From Alphaproteobacteria bacterium (GTDB taxonomy: Bacteria > Pseudomonadota > Alphaproteobacteria > RF32 > CAG-239): DNA of 64,000 bases. Where the stretch lies: contig JAGBHO010000021.1 of NCBI GenBank assembly GCA_017935485.1, positions 2,479 to 66,478 on the forward strand, in the 5' to 3' direction. A program made the translations under genes and the position numbers. Positions 38,696 to 46,818 of this stretch are shown here, one piece after another (position 1 is the first letter of the stretch; each line of letters begins with the position of its first letter). Under the pieces are notes generated by a model. That model was not told where the DNA came from. It saw only the letters and a list, made by a program, of their open reading frames with translations, and made no database searches.

Positions 38696-39259
38696 ATGGC
38701 ACAAGCTGTAGATCGTCGTAAGGCAGAAAAGAAAGATGAATTGGTTGAAAAACTGGTTCATATTAACCGTGTAGCCAAGACAGTTAAGGGCGGACGCAAT
38801 ATGTCCTTTGCCGCCGTTGTTGTTGTCGGTGACCAGAAAGGCCGTGTCGGCTATGGTTCCGGTAAGGCAACCGAGGTTCCCGATGCTATTGTCAAAGCTA
38901 CCAATGAAGCTAAGAAAAATATGGTTCGCATTCCTCTGCGCGAGGGCAGAACCCTTCACCATGACGTTCACGGACGTTTTGGTGCAGGTAAGGTTGTTCT
39001 GAGAACAGCTCCTGCCGGTACCGGTGTTATTGCCGGCGGCCCGATGCGTGCTATTTTTGAAGTTTTGGGCGTGCAAGACGTGGTTGCTAAATCTTTGGGA
39101 TCCAATAATCCTTACAATATGATTAAGGCAACTTTTGACGCTTTGCAATCTATCAATTCTCCGAGAATGGTTGCTGCCAAACGCGGCAAAAAAGTCGGTG
39201 ATATTGTTAGCCGTCGTGAAAACTCTTCAAATGCAAAACTTTCAGTTGAGGAGGCTTAA
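38696..39259 (+). CDS. rpsE: 30S ribosomal protein S5
   Basis: ...[27 protein letters not shown]... Confidence 0.98.
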   Translation: MAQAVDRRKAEKKDELVEKLVHINRVAKTVKGGRNMSFAAVVVVGDQKGRVGYGSGKATEVPDAIVKATNEAKKNMVRIPLREGRTLHHDVHGRFGAGKVVLRTAPAGTGVIAGGPMRAIFEVLGVQDVVAKSLGSNNPYNMIKATFDALQSINSPRMVAAKRGKKVGDIVSRRENSSNAKLSVEEA

Positions 39260-39262
39260 TCG

Positions 39263-39448
39263 ATGTCAGCAAATAAAACTATTAAAGTTACTCAAATCAG
39301 AAGCGCGGTTAATCGTCCGGCTGATCAGGAAGCCACCCTTAAAGGGCTGGGCCTGAACAAAATGCATAAAGTATCGGTTTTGGAGGATACTCCTTCGGTA
39401 CGCGGGATGATTAAAAAAGTGGCTCACTTGGTTAAAGTTGAAGAGTAG
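39263..39448 (+). CDS. rpmD: 50S ribosomal protein L30
   Basis: A 61 aa protein with IKVTQIRS...TLKGLGL... Confidence 0.96.
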   Translation: MSANKTIKVTQIRSAVNRPADQEATLKGLGLNKMHKVSVLEDTPSVRGMIKKVAHLVKVEE

Positions 39449-39513
39449 TCCGGTGGCCGGCAAAAGTTTTATGTTTGTCGGCACCTAACTCCGATTATTT
39501 AAGGTGAATAGAT

Positions 39514-39966
39514 ATGAAATTGAATGAAATTAAAGATAACGAAGGTGCCAGAAAGTCTCGCAAACGCGTAGCCCGCGGTATTGGCAGCGGCTCCGGCAAA
39601 ACGGCCGGCCGCGGTGTTAAAGGCCAGAAATCCCGCTCCGGTGTTGCCGTTAACGGTTTTGAAGGCGGCCAAATGCCTATCTACCGCAGACTTCCGAAGC
39701 GCGGTTTTAAAAATCCGTTCTCTAAAGAGTTTGCAGTAGTTAACCTGGACACTATTCAAAAAGCTGTTGATGCCGGCAAATTGAAGGCAGAGGCTATTGA
39801 TGTTGATACATTGATGAGTGCAGGCATTGTTTCCAAAAAGTTGGACGGTGTTCGCCTGTTGGCTCGCGGTGCATTGACAGCCAAAGTTGTTATCAGCGTT
39901 AATTCTGCTTCTAGAGCAGCTGTTGAAGCTGTTGAAAAAGCCGGTGGTAAGGTTAACCTTATCTAG
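39514..39966 (+). CDS. rplO: 50S ribosomal protein L15
   Basis: [12 protein letters not shown]...[12 protein letters not shown]...[15 protein letters not shown]. Confidence 0.98.
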   Translation: MKLNEIKDNEGARKSRKRVARGIGSGSGKTAGRGVKGQKSRSGVAVNGFEGGQMPIYRRLPKRGFKNPFSKEFAVVNLDTIQKAVDAGKLKAEAIDVDTLMSAGIVSKKLDGVRLLARGALTAKVVISVNSASRAAVEAVEKAGGKVNLI

Positions 39967-39992
39967 CCAGAAAGCAGAAAAGCAATTTGATG

Positions 39993-40022
39993 AAAAGGCG
40001 GGATAATTGTTCCGCCTTTTTG
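39993..40022 (+). terminator. Rho-independent terminator directly after rplO
   Basis: Stem GGCGG / CCGCC with a 10 nt loop, an A run before it and a T5 run after it. Confidence 0.7.
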
Positions 40023-40048
40023 TGTTTGTAAAATTTTGTCAAAAATGC

Positions 40049-40077
40049 TTGCCGCAGACGTAAAAATATGATATGGT
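40049..40077 (+). promoter_or_regulatory. Sigma70-like promoter TTGCCG-17-TATGGT
   Basis: Hexamers at 40049-40054 and 40072-40077, upstream of the small ORF at 40143. Confidence 0.45.
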
Positions 40078-40142
40078 ATTTCCAATGTTAAATTATTTTG
40101 AGAATTACTAATCGGGGCAAAGCCCCATAAAAATTAAAAAAT

Positions 40143-40337
40143 ATGGAAAGATTAGAAAAAATTTTTACTGTTGCATTGGTTATTGCGATGATGGGCGTTG
40201 TAATATTTTGGGCTGCCGGCTTTAACGGCCACATGGATGTAGCCCAAGGGTCATTGATTACAGCCGGTGTTTCATGCTGGGTGGCTTTGGTCAGTATCGG
40301 ATTGCGAAAACTCCGCCAGAGGAATTGTTGGTATTAA
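40143..40337 (+). CDS. Hypothetical small two-TM membrane protein (64 aa)
   Basis: Two hydrophobic helices (FTVALVIAMMGVVIFWAAG; LITAGVSCWVALVSIGL). It has its own promoter-like and terminator signals, but no SD. Confidence 0.5.
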   Translation: MERLEKIFTVALVIAMMGVVIFWAAGFNGHMDVAQGSLITAGVSCWVALVSIGLRKLRQRNCWY

Positions 40338-40355
40338 TGGCTTTCCATAAGATAA

Positions 40356-40385
40356 AAAACGGTTTCATTTGAAGCCGTTTTTTTG
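40356..40385 (+). terminator. Rho-independent terminator
   Basis: Stem AACGGTTTC / GAAGCCGTT (one G-U pair) followed by T7. Confidence 0.7.
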
Positions 40386-40487
40386 TTTGCAGCAATTTTA
40401 CGGTCAAATTGTTTTTCCTCTGTTTATACTCCGATTTTTTATAGAGAGTGATGAGGCAATCTGAATTCGCCGAGGTTTTTTATTGCA

Positions 40488-40521
40488 GATGCCGTTATGT
40501 AAAAAAACGGCATCTTTTTTG
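40488..40521 (+). terminator. Orphan rho-independent terminator upstream of secY
   Basis: Stem GATGCCGTT / AACGGCATC followed by T6. There is no ORF between it and the previous terminator. Confidence 0.65.
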
Positions 40522-40672
40522 TGTATTCGGGATAATTTAAGGAATCTGTTTATTCTTATGGTGTAAATGGATAATTTTGTTGAATTAAATTTTTTTTCGT
40601 GTATAACTAGCTTAGTTTAAAAGGGAAAATTTCCCTTGCTTGGTTGTTTAAAAATAAAATAAGGAAGTAAAA

Positions 40673-42025
40673 ATGGTTTCTCTTGCAGAAAAAATGGCAG
40701 CGAATCTTGATATGTCTGCTTTTAGCAAAGCTGAAGAACTAAAGAAAAGATTGTGGTTTACAATTTTGGCCTTAATCGTTTTCCGGTTGGGAACTTTTAT
40801 CCCGCTGCCGGGGATTGATCCGCATATTCTGGCTGACATCTTCAACAGAAATTCCGGCGGTATTCTGGGGATGTTTAATATGTTTGCCGGCGGTGCGTTG
40901 GAACGTATGACCATTTTTGCCCTTAACATTATGCCGTACATTTCGGCTTCAATTATCGTTCAGCTCGGACAGTCGGTTATTCCGTCTCTGGGGGCACTGA
41001 AGAAGGAAGGCGAGGCCGGGCATCGCAAGATTACGCAATATACCCGTATTCTGACGGTTTTAATTACCATAATCCAAGGTTACGGCATTGCCGTCGGTTT
41101 GGAGGGCATGACCGGTGCAGCCGGTGTTTCTGCCGTGGTTGATCCGGGTTTTACCTTTAAGTTTACGACAGTGGTTTCTCTGGTCGGCGGCACGATGTTT
41201 ATCGTCTGGCTGGGCGAGCAGATTACGGCGCGCGGCGTCGGCAACGGCTCTTCTCTGATTATTACGGTCGGTATTATTGCCAATATTCCGTCGGCTTTGG
41301 CCAAGACCTTTGAATTGGGGCGCGTCGGTTCCATGTCTTTGGGCGTGATTGCCTTGTTGATGATTATGGTTGTGGTTTTGATTTATACCATTGTTCTGGT
41401 CGAGAGAGCGCAGAGAAAAATCACGATTCAATATCCGAAGCGTCAGGCTATGCTGGGCGGCAGCACGGCCGAAAGCTCCCATTTGCCGCTGAAGATTAAT
41501 CCGACCGGCGTTATTCCGCCGATTTTTGCCAGCTCTTTGTTGCTGTTGCCGATTACGATTGCCAATTTCAGCGCCGAAAGCGGTCCGGCCTGGGTTCAGA
41601 CTTTGAGTCAGTTGCTTGGTCACGGACAGCCGCTGTATCTGACATTGTATGCCGGTTTGATTTTGTTTTTTGCTTTCTTTTATACCGCGATTGTGTTCAA
41701 TCCGGAAGAAACAGCCGATAATTTGAAAAAGCACGGCGGTTTTATTGCTGGTATCCGTCCGGGGAAAAATACAGCCGAGTATCTTGACTATGTCGTTACC
41801 CGTTTGACGGTTCTGGGTGCGGTTTATCTGGTGGCTTTATGTATTTTGCCGGAAATTTTAATCAGCCGTCTTTCCGTTCCGTTTGTTTTGGGCGGTACGA
41901 CGCTTTTGATCGTGGTTCAGGTGACTATGGATTTTGTCGGACAGGTTCAGTCTCATCTGATTGCTTATCAGTACGAATCTCTGATTAAAAAAGCCTCCTT
42001 GGCCGGAAAAGGAAAGAGAAGATAA
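40673..42025 (+). CDS. secY: Preprotein translocase subunit SecY
   Basis: A 450 aa polytopic protein with ...LGTFIPLPGID..., GGALERMTIFALNIMPYISASII. SD AAGGAAG. Confidence 0.98.
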   Translation: MVSLAEKMAANLDMSAFSKAEELKKRLWFTILALIVFRLGTFIPLPGIDPHILADIFNRNSGGILGMFNMFAGGALERMTIFALNIMPYISASIIVQLGQSVIPSLGALKKEGEAGHRKITQYTRILTVLITIIQGYGIAVGLEGMTGAAGVSAVVDPGFTFKFTTVVSLVGGTMFIVWLGEQITARGVGNGSSLIITVGIIANIPSALAKTFELGRVGSMSLGVIALLMIMVVVLIYTIVLVERAQRKITIQYPKRQAMLGGSTAESSHLPLKINPTGVIPPIFASSLLLLPITIANFSAESGPAWVQTLSQLLGHGQPLYLTLYAGLILFFAFFYTAIVFNPEETADNLKKHGGFIAGIRPGKNTAEYLDYVVTRLTVLGAVYLVALCILPEILISRLSVPFVLGGTTLLIVVQVTMDFVGQVQSHLIAYQYESLIKKASLAGKGKRR

Positions 42026-42696
42026 TGAATCAGAACGGTTTAGGTTTGCATCTGGTCTTTACCGGTGCTCCGGGCTGCGGTAAGGGAACACAGGCGCGAC
42101 TCCTGAAGGAAAAAGTGAATATCTGTCATTTGTCGACGGGAGAAATGCTGCGTGCCGAAGCGGCAAAAGCGACTCCTTTGGGACTCGAAATCAAAAAGCT
42201 TTTGCATGCCGGTTCTTTTGTGACTGATGAAATGATTATTAAAATGGTTTCGCAGCGGATTGATGAAGATGACTGCAAAAACGGTTTTATTCTGGACGGG
42301 TTTCCGAGAACACTGCCGCAGGCAGAAGCTCTGGAAGAATTATTGGCCAAAAAAGGAATCAAACTGGATGCCGTTATCGAGATTCAGGTGCCCGATGAGA
42401 TTATTATGGAGCGTATTCTCGGGCGTTATGCCTGCATGACCTGCGGGGAAGGGTATCATGACAAGTTTCACAAGCCCAAGGTTTACGGCGTTTGTGACAA
42501 GTGCGGCGGGACAGATTTTTACCGCCGTTTGGATGATAACCGGACGACCGTGCAGAATCGACTCGTCAATTATCGTGTTTATACGTATCCGACAATTCCT
42601 TACTTTGAGCAGAAAGGCCTGCTCAGATGTGTGGACGGGACCGGTACAATTGAGGCGACAGCGAAGAAGGTTGACAGCCTTTTGGCGGTTGCATAA
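42025..42696 (+). CDS. adk: Adenylate kinase (zinc-lid type)
   Basis: P-loop GAPGCGKGTQ, GFILDGFPRT, and a lid with CMTCG...CDKCG. Confidence 0.97.
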   Translation: MNQNGLGLHLVFTGAPGCGKGTQARLLKEKVNICHLSTGEMLRAEAAKATPLGLEIKKLLHAGSFVTDEMIIKMVSQRIDEDDCKNGFILDGFPRTLPQAEALEELLAKKGIKLDAVIEIQVPDEIIMERILGRYACMTCGEGYHDKFHKPKVYGVCDKCGGTDFYRRLDDNRTTVQNRLVNYRVYTYPTIPYFEQKGLLRCVDGTGTIEATAKKVDSLLAVA

Positions 42697-42749
42697 TGAA
42701 TTTTTTTGAAAAAAATGCGTTTTTTTCAAGAATTTTGTAAAAAGGGTGG

Positions 42750-42777
42750 TTGACACTAAAATTTTTTGGCATATAAT
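42750..42777 (+). promoter_or_regulatory. Sigma70-like promoter TTGACA-16-TATAAT of the alpha operon
   Basis: Consensus hexamers at 42750-42755 and 42772-42777. Confidence 0.7.
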
Positions 42778-42847
42778 CCGCCTTAATTTTGAAGAGTGGT
42801 GATCAACTTTTTGAATGTGGTAAATTTTTTTAAAATGGAGAGTTAAT

Positions 42848-43216
42848 TTGGCTCGTATAGCTGGTGTAAATATCCCAACTGCCAAGAAAATTGAAGTCGC
42901 ATTGACTTATATTTTCGGTATTGGAAGAAAAACTGCTCAAGACATTTGTGCAAAAACCGGAGTTTCCGGCGATCGTCGCGTTCAGGATCTGAGCGAAGAC
43001 GAGATTGCCAAAATCCGTGAAGAAATTGATTCAAACTGCCTCGTTGAAGGCGAATTGCGCCGTGAAGTAGGTGTTAATATTAAAAGACTGATGGATCTCG
43101 GCTGCTACAGAGGCTTGAGACATCGTAAAGGTTTGCCGGTACGCGGACAGAGCACTAAACAAAATGCCAGAACCCGCAAAGGCAAACGTAAAACTGTCGC
43201 TAACAAGAAAAAATAG
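42848..43216 (+). CDS. rpsM: 30S ribosomal protein S13
   Basis: (M)ARIAGVNIP... TTG start after GGAGAG. Confidence 0.97.
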   Translation: MARIAGVNIPTAKKIEVALTYIFGIGRKTAQDICAKTGVSGDRRVQDLSEDEIAKIREEIDSNCLVEGELRREVGVNIKRLMDLGCYRGLRHRKGLPVRGQSTKQNARTRKGKRKTVANKKK

Positions 43217-43235
43217 TTTGAAGGGTAGTTGTTAA

Positions 43236-43628
43236 ATGGCAAAAGCAGTATCACAACGTGTGAAGAAAAAAGAAAAGAAGAATATTACAGCGGGTGTTGC
43301 TCATGTAAATTCTACTTTCAATAATACAAGAATTACAATTACCGATGCTCAGGGTAACACCGTTGCCTGGTCGACATCGGGTGCTCAGGGTTTTAAAGGT
43401 TCCAGAAAGTCTACCCCTTATGCTGCTCAGGTAGCGGCAGAAGATGCCGGTAAAAAAGCTCAGGAACACGGCATGAAAACTCTGGAAGTTGAAGTTAAAG
43501 GTCCCGGTTCTGGTAGAGAATCTGCGATCAGAGCATTGCAGGTTATAGGTTTTACCATCACTTCCATTCGTGATGTTACTCCTATTCCTCACAATGGCTG
43601 CCGCTTGAGAAAAAGACGCCGCGTTTAG
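43236..43628 (+). CDS. rpsK: 30S ribosomal protein S11
   Basis: ...[18 protein letters not shown]...[14 protein letters not shown]... Confidence 0.98.
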   Translation: MAKAVSQRVKKKEKKNITAGVAHVNSTFNNTRITITDAQGNTVAWSTSGAQGFKGSRKSTPYAAQVAAEDAGKKAQEHGMKTLEVEVKGPGSGRESAIRALQVIGFTITSIRDVTPIPHNGCRLRKRRRV

Positions 43629-43732
43629 TCTTTTATCTTTGTTATGTAAAGAGATCGAGGCTGCTTTAGTGCCTCGCTTTCTCTTGAGTTTTGTAAAATA
43701 TGCATATGCACTAATTGAAAGAGGACATACCA

Positions 43733-44743
43733 GTGATTCAAAAGAATTGGCAAGAACTTATTAAACCTACGAACTTAGAAGTTGTTCCCAGTGAGGGCGG
43801 CAGCAAGGCTAAAATTGTGGTTGAACCTCTGGAGCGGGGTTTCGGATTAACTTTGGGTAACGCGCTGAGACGCGTTTTGCTGTCTTCTCTGCAAGGCGGC
43901 GCCGTAACCGCTATCAAAATTAACGGCGTACTTCACGAGTTTTCCGTTATTCCGGGTGTCAGAGAAGATGTTACAGATATCGTCCTGAATATTAAGGGTT
44001 TGGCTGTGGCTGTTCACGGCGAAGGCCCGAAGACGATGACTTTGAAGGCTGAAGGTCCTTGTGAGGTTACCGCACAGATGATTGAAACCGGTCATGATGT
44101 TGAAATTAAGAATCCTGACCATGTTATTTGTAATCTGGATGCCGGTGCTAAAATTAATATGGAGCTGACGGTTAATACCGGTAAAGGTTATGTGCCGGCG
44201 TTCCAGAACAAAGCCGCTGACGCCCCGATCGGATTGATTGCCGTAGATGCAATTTATTCTCCGGTTAAAAAGGTTTCTTACAAAGTTGAGAATACCCGCG
44301 TCGGCCAGGTTACCGACTATGACAAACTGACGCTGGTTGTTGAGACCAACGGTGTTGTTTCTCCGGAAGATGCGGTTGCTTTGGCTGCAAGAATCCTGCA
44401 GGATCAGTTGAAACCGTTTATTAACTTCGATGAGCCGGAAAGTGAAGTTGAAGTTGAAAAAGAAGAGCTGCCGTTCAACAAAAACCTGCTTAAAAAGGTT
44501 GAAGAGCTTGAATTGTCCGTTCGCTCTGCCAATTGCCTTAAAAATGACAACATTGTTTATATTGGCGATTTGGTTCAGAAAACCGAAGCGGAAATGCTCA
44601 GAACGCCGAACTTCGGCAGAAAATCTTTGAACGAAATCAAAGAAGTTTTGGCAAAAATGGGGATTCATCTCGGTATGGATACGCCGGGTTGGCCGCCTGA
44701 AAATATTGAAGAGCTGATTCGTCGTATTGACGAACACTTTTAA
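43733..44743 (+). CDS. rpoA: DNA-directed RNA polymerase alpha subunit
   Basis: (M)[11 protein letters not shown]... N-terminus from the GTG at 43733 after AGAGGA. C-terminal domain [11 protein letters not shown]. The ORF track extends to a TTG at 43715. Confidence 0.97.
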   Translation: MIQKNWQELIKPTNLEVVPSEGGSKAKIVVEPLERGFGLTLGNALRRVLLSSLQGGAVTAIKINGVLHEFSVIPGVREDVTDIVLNIKGLAVAVHGEGPKTMTLKAEGPCEVTAQMIETGHDVEIKNPDHVICNLDAGAKINMELTVNTGKGYVPAFQNKAADAPIGLIAVDAIYSPVKKVSYKVENTRVGQVTDYDKLTLVVETNGVVSPEDAVALAARILQDQLKPFINFDEPESEVEVEKEELPFNKNLLKKVEELELSVRSANCLKNDNIVYIGDLVQKTEAEMLRTPNFGRKSLNEIKEVLAKMGIHLGMDTPGWPPENIEELIRRIDEHF

Positions 44744-44744
44744 T

Positions 44745-44862
44745 GACTTGTATAACGGTCATCTAATGCAGATTTAGCGGGTCGGAGAAATGCTCATGTA
44801 CTATTTTGTACATTCCGCTTTCTCTGCCCTAAAATCTTATTATATGCCTCATTCTCCAAGTC
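44745..44862 (+). repeat. Long imperfect hairpin element, copy 3 (apex TGTAC-TATTTT-GTACA at 44797-44812)
   Basis: Starts 2 nt after the rpoA stop. The arm GACTTGTATAACGGTCATCTAATGCAGATTTAGCGGGTCGGAGAAA pairs with ...TTTCTCTGCCCTAAAATCTTATTATATGCCTCATTCTCCAAGTC. Confidence 0.75.
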
Positions 44863-44983
44863 ATTCCCTGTAATTGGGAGATTAATTTCTCCATGCATGA
44901 ATGTGAAAACAAATCCGTGGTGGAGATGAACGTTTTATCCGCTTTGCCCCGCAAAGCACAGAGAAAAAGAAAGGAAATATGTC

Positions 44984-45424
44984 ATGAGACATGGAATGAA
45001 ACACAGAAAACTTAATATGACAAGAAGCCAGAGAAGAGCTTTATTTGCGAACCTGACCAATGCTGTTTTGACACATGAACAGATCAGCGTTACTCTTCCG
45101 AGAGCTAAAGAATTGAGAACCTTTGTTGATAACATGATTACTTTGGGTAAAAAAGGTGATTTGAGCAACCGCAGACAGGCTTTGGCTTTTCTTCGTGACA
45201 ACGAAGTCGTTTCCAAGCTTTTCTCCACTTTGGCCGAGCGTTATAAAGAACGCAACGGTGGTTATACCAGAGTTTTGAAGGCCGGTTTCCGTTATGGTGA
45301 CTGTGCTCCGATGGCTGTTATCGAACTGGTTGACAGAGATGTTAATGCCAAAGGTGCAAAAGATCTGGCTCGCGTTGCCGAAGAAAAAGCCGCAGCTGAA
45401 GCTGCTGCCAAAGAGGCTAATTAA
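44984..45424 (+). CDS. rplQ: 50S ribosomal protein L17
   Basis: [21 protein letters not shown]...GGYTRV... Confidence 0.97.
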   Translation: MRHGMKHRKLNMTRSQRRALFANLTNAVLTHEQISVTLPRAKELRTFVDNMITLGKKGDLSNRRQALAFLRDNEVVSKLFSTLAERYKERNGGYTRVLKAGFRYGDCAPMAVIELVDRDVNAKGAKDLARVAEEKAAAEAAAKEAN

Positions 45425-45440
45425 TTTATTCTTTTGAGCA

Positions 45441-45470
45441 AAAAAAGGCGATGCGAATCGCCTTTTTTTT
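45441..45470. terminator. Terminator after rplQ with symmetric A/T flanks (could act in both directions)
   Basis: AAAAAAAGGCGAT-loop-ATCGCCTTTTTTTT. Confidence 0.85.
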
Positions 45471-45480
45471 ATTACATGCC

Positions 45481-45780
45481 TTACAGAAAAACCCGAGTTT
45501 ACTCAGGGCTGAATGCCAAGGTGCCGTTAGACACCGTTCCACGCCAACGAGCGTGGTCAAACCGTAAGGTTTGTAGCTGATTAGCCCCCCAGGTTACTGG
45601 GGGATATCTATGGTTCGAACGTAACACTACCTGCGTTAGCAGGCAGATGTAAATATACCAGCCCAGCCGTTAGGTTTGCGGAGCCTTTGGGCTGGGTGAA
45701 CGAAGTTCGGAATGGTTAATACCACTTGCGTAAGCTGGTGGAAGTTTATGTTGATGTATCACAGGCTCCCTTTCCACTTT
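45481..45780. ncRNA. Candidate structured non-coding RNA of unknown class (about 300 nt); strand unresolved
   Basis: No ORF of 60 aa or more is listed in the supplied six-frame track. It looks more GC-rich by eye than its AT-rich right flank. At least eight local hairpins are present: 45492-45508, 45520-45535, 45539-45556, 45559-45572 (GTAA loop), 45586-45603, 45630-45643, 45658-45695 and 45722-45741 (GTAA loop). A possible 7 bp pseudoknot joins 45680-45686 and 45763-45769. Confidence 0.45.
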
Positions 45781-46074
45781 ATTGGGGTATATCTATTCTG
45801 AAAAATAAATTTTCCAATCCAAAATTATTTTTATTTTTAAAGTCGCTTATTTGTAGGTTTATAAACAAAAGTTTTATAATTTTATGATAAATCTTATATG
45901 TTATGAGGGTTTGTTGAGCTTTTGTGTCAAAAATATACGCAAATTGTAATTTTTTGTTGTTTTTAGTTCTATAAAATAAATTTAAGTTTATTTTTAAAGT
46001 TGACAAATTTTGTTTTTTATATAATTTTTGATTGTTGTAAATTTTTACTTCTTTTAGAAGTTTCAGGGGGTATA

Positions 46075-46278
46075 ATGGTTGGAAGAATTAAATGGTTTGA
46101 TGTTGCAAAAGGATATGGTTTTATTATTCATGAGGAAACCAAGCAGGAATTTTTTCTGCATATCTCACAATTGGAAAAGATCGGATTTAAATATTTGAAA
46201 GAAGGTCAAAAGGTCAGTTTTGACTTATATGATGACAAAGGCAGAGTTGCTGCAGGAAATATTAAGATTTTGTATTGA
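46075..46278 (+). CDS. Cold-shock domain protein (CspA family)
   Basis: GRIKWFDVAKGYGFI (RNP1-like) and FFLHIS (RNP2-like). ATG at 46075 after AGGGGG. 67 aa. Confidence 0.92.
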   Translation: MVGRIKWFDVAKGYGFIIHEETKQEFFLHISQLEKIGFKYLKEGQKVSFDLYDDKGRVAAGNIKILY

Positions 46279-46375
46279 ATTATTGGGATCTGTATTATAA
46301 GGGCGTTGTGCCGAAGCTGACAGTTTCAGAAATTGCGGGCCGGGTGTCGGCCGGAATTGCGATGGACATTGTTGT

Positions 46376-46642
46376 TTGCAGATGCAGGGCAAGATATTTG
46401 TTGCCGAAAGCAGCCGTATGGGGCGATATGAAGAATGTGATAACACGGTGTGGAAGTGCGGCGGAAAAGGCAGGTTGTTGGTTGGGAAGGCAAAAAGCAA
46501 CCGGCGCGTCTGCAGAATGAATGGCGCAGGTGCGGGTATAAAAGCGGCCGGAGGCGTGATGCAGGTAATTTCGGTTGCCGGAAATGCGGTCGGAGCTGCC
46601 GGAGTTGCCGTATTTGCGGCGGGGATTGCTGTTTGCCGGTGA
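46376..46642 (+). CDS. Possible small ORF with a Gly/Ala/Val-rich hydrophobic C-terminus (88 aa; a 41 aa version starts at the ATG at 46517)
   Basis: By my count about 28 of the last 41 codons start with G, with mixed third positions. The tail is NGAGAGIKAAGGVMQVISVAGNAVGAAGVAVFAAGIAVCR. No SD. Several other frames, some on the opposite strand, are also open here, so this is a weak call. Confidence 0.3.
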   Translation: MQMQGKIFVAESSRMGRYEECDNTVWKCGGKGRLLVGKAKSNRRVCRMNGAGAGIKAAGGVMQVISVAGNAVGAAGVAVFAAGIAVCR

Positions 46643-46818
46643 AAAAGCGGCAGGTAAGGCAACCAAGGCGGCAATACCGCCAAACAGACGGACAGGCAAT
46701 CAAAAAGGCCGGCAGGATCGGGGCGAAAGGTGTATCCATTGGTTATAAAAGAGGCCGGGTTAACGGTTTGCTGCGGAAGAAAAAGCCTGTGGCGGAACGT
46801 GTTTGTCGTTTGTGACGG

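Noticed and set aside
45481-45780. tmRNA (one-piece or alphaproteobacterial two-piece) as the identity of the structured segment
   Set aside because: CCAAGGTGC resembles the E. coli PK1 region, and a frame GCC AAC GAG ... GCT GAT TAG would give ANERGQTVRFVAD. However, there is no GGGG acceptor 5' end, no T-arm with matched stems (GGTTCGAAC at 45612 has non-complementary flanks) and no CCA-adjacent acceptor strand. The tag would end atypically, and it is itself buried in two stable hairpins.
45481-45780. RNase P RNA, 5S rRNA fragment, 6S RNA, SRP RNA, hammerhead ribozyme or a tRNA in the same segment
   Set aside because: There are only short chance resemblances: GGAAAGGGAGCC vs the P4 GGAAAGTCCGGGC, CCATTCCGAAC vs 5S loop C, and CTGATTAG vs the hammerhead CTGATGAG. 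The other conserved blocks of each family are missing, and the length and topology do not fit. No cloverleaf can be drawn around the T-loop-like GGTTCGAAC.
45781-46074. The AT-rich 290 bp stretch upstream of csp as a replication origin, att site or mobile-element end
   Set aside because: I found no DnaA-box-like TTATCCACA strings, no direct or inverted terminal repeats and no integrase nearby. A TTGACA-16-TAATTT promoter plus a long csp leader explains most of it.
46295-46739. Minus-strand ORFs 46295-46699 (signal-peptide-like MPVRLFGGIAALVALPAAFSPA...) and 46326-46739 (lipobox-like LIAC) as real genes
   Set aside because: After the hydrophobic starts, the sequences are R/P/H/C-rich and not protein-like. 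The codons are NNC-biased, unlike the rest of the window. The starts are non-ATG or lack an SD. They are exact antisense partners of the Gly/Ala-rich plus frame. I keep them only as part of the anomaly finding.
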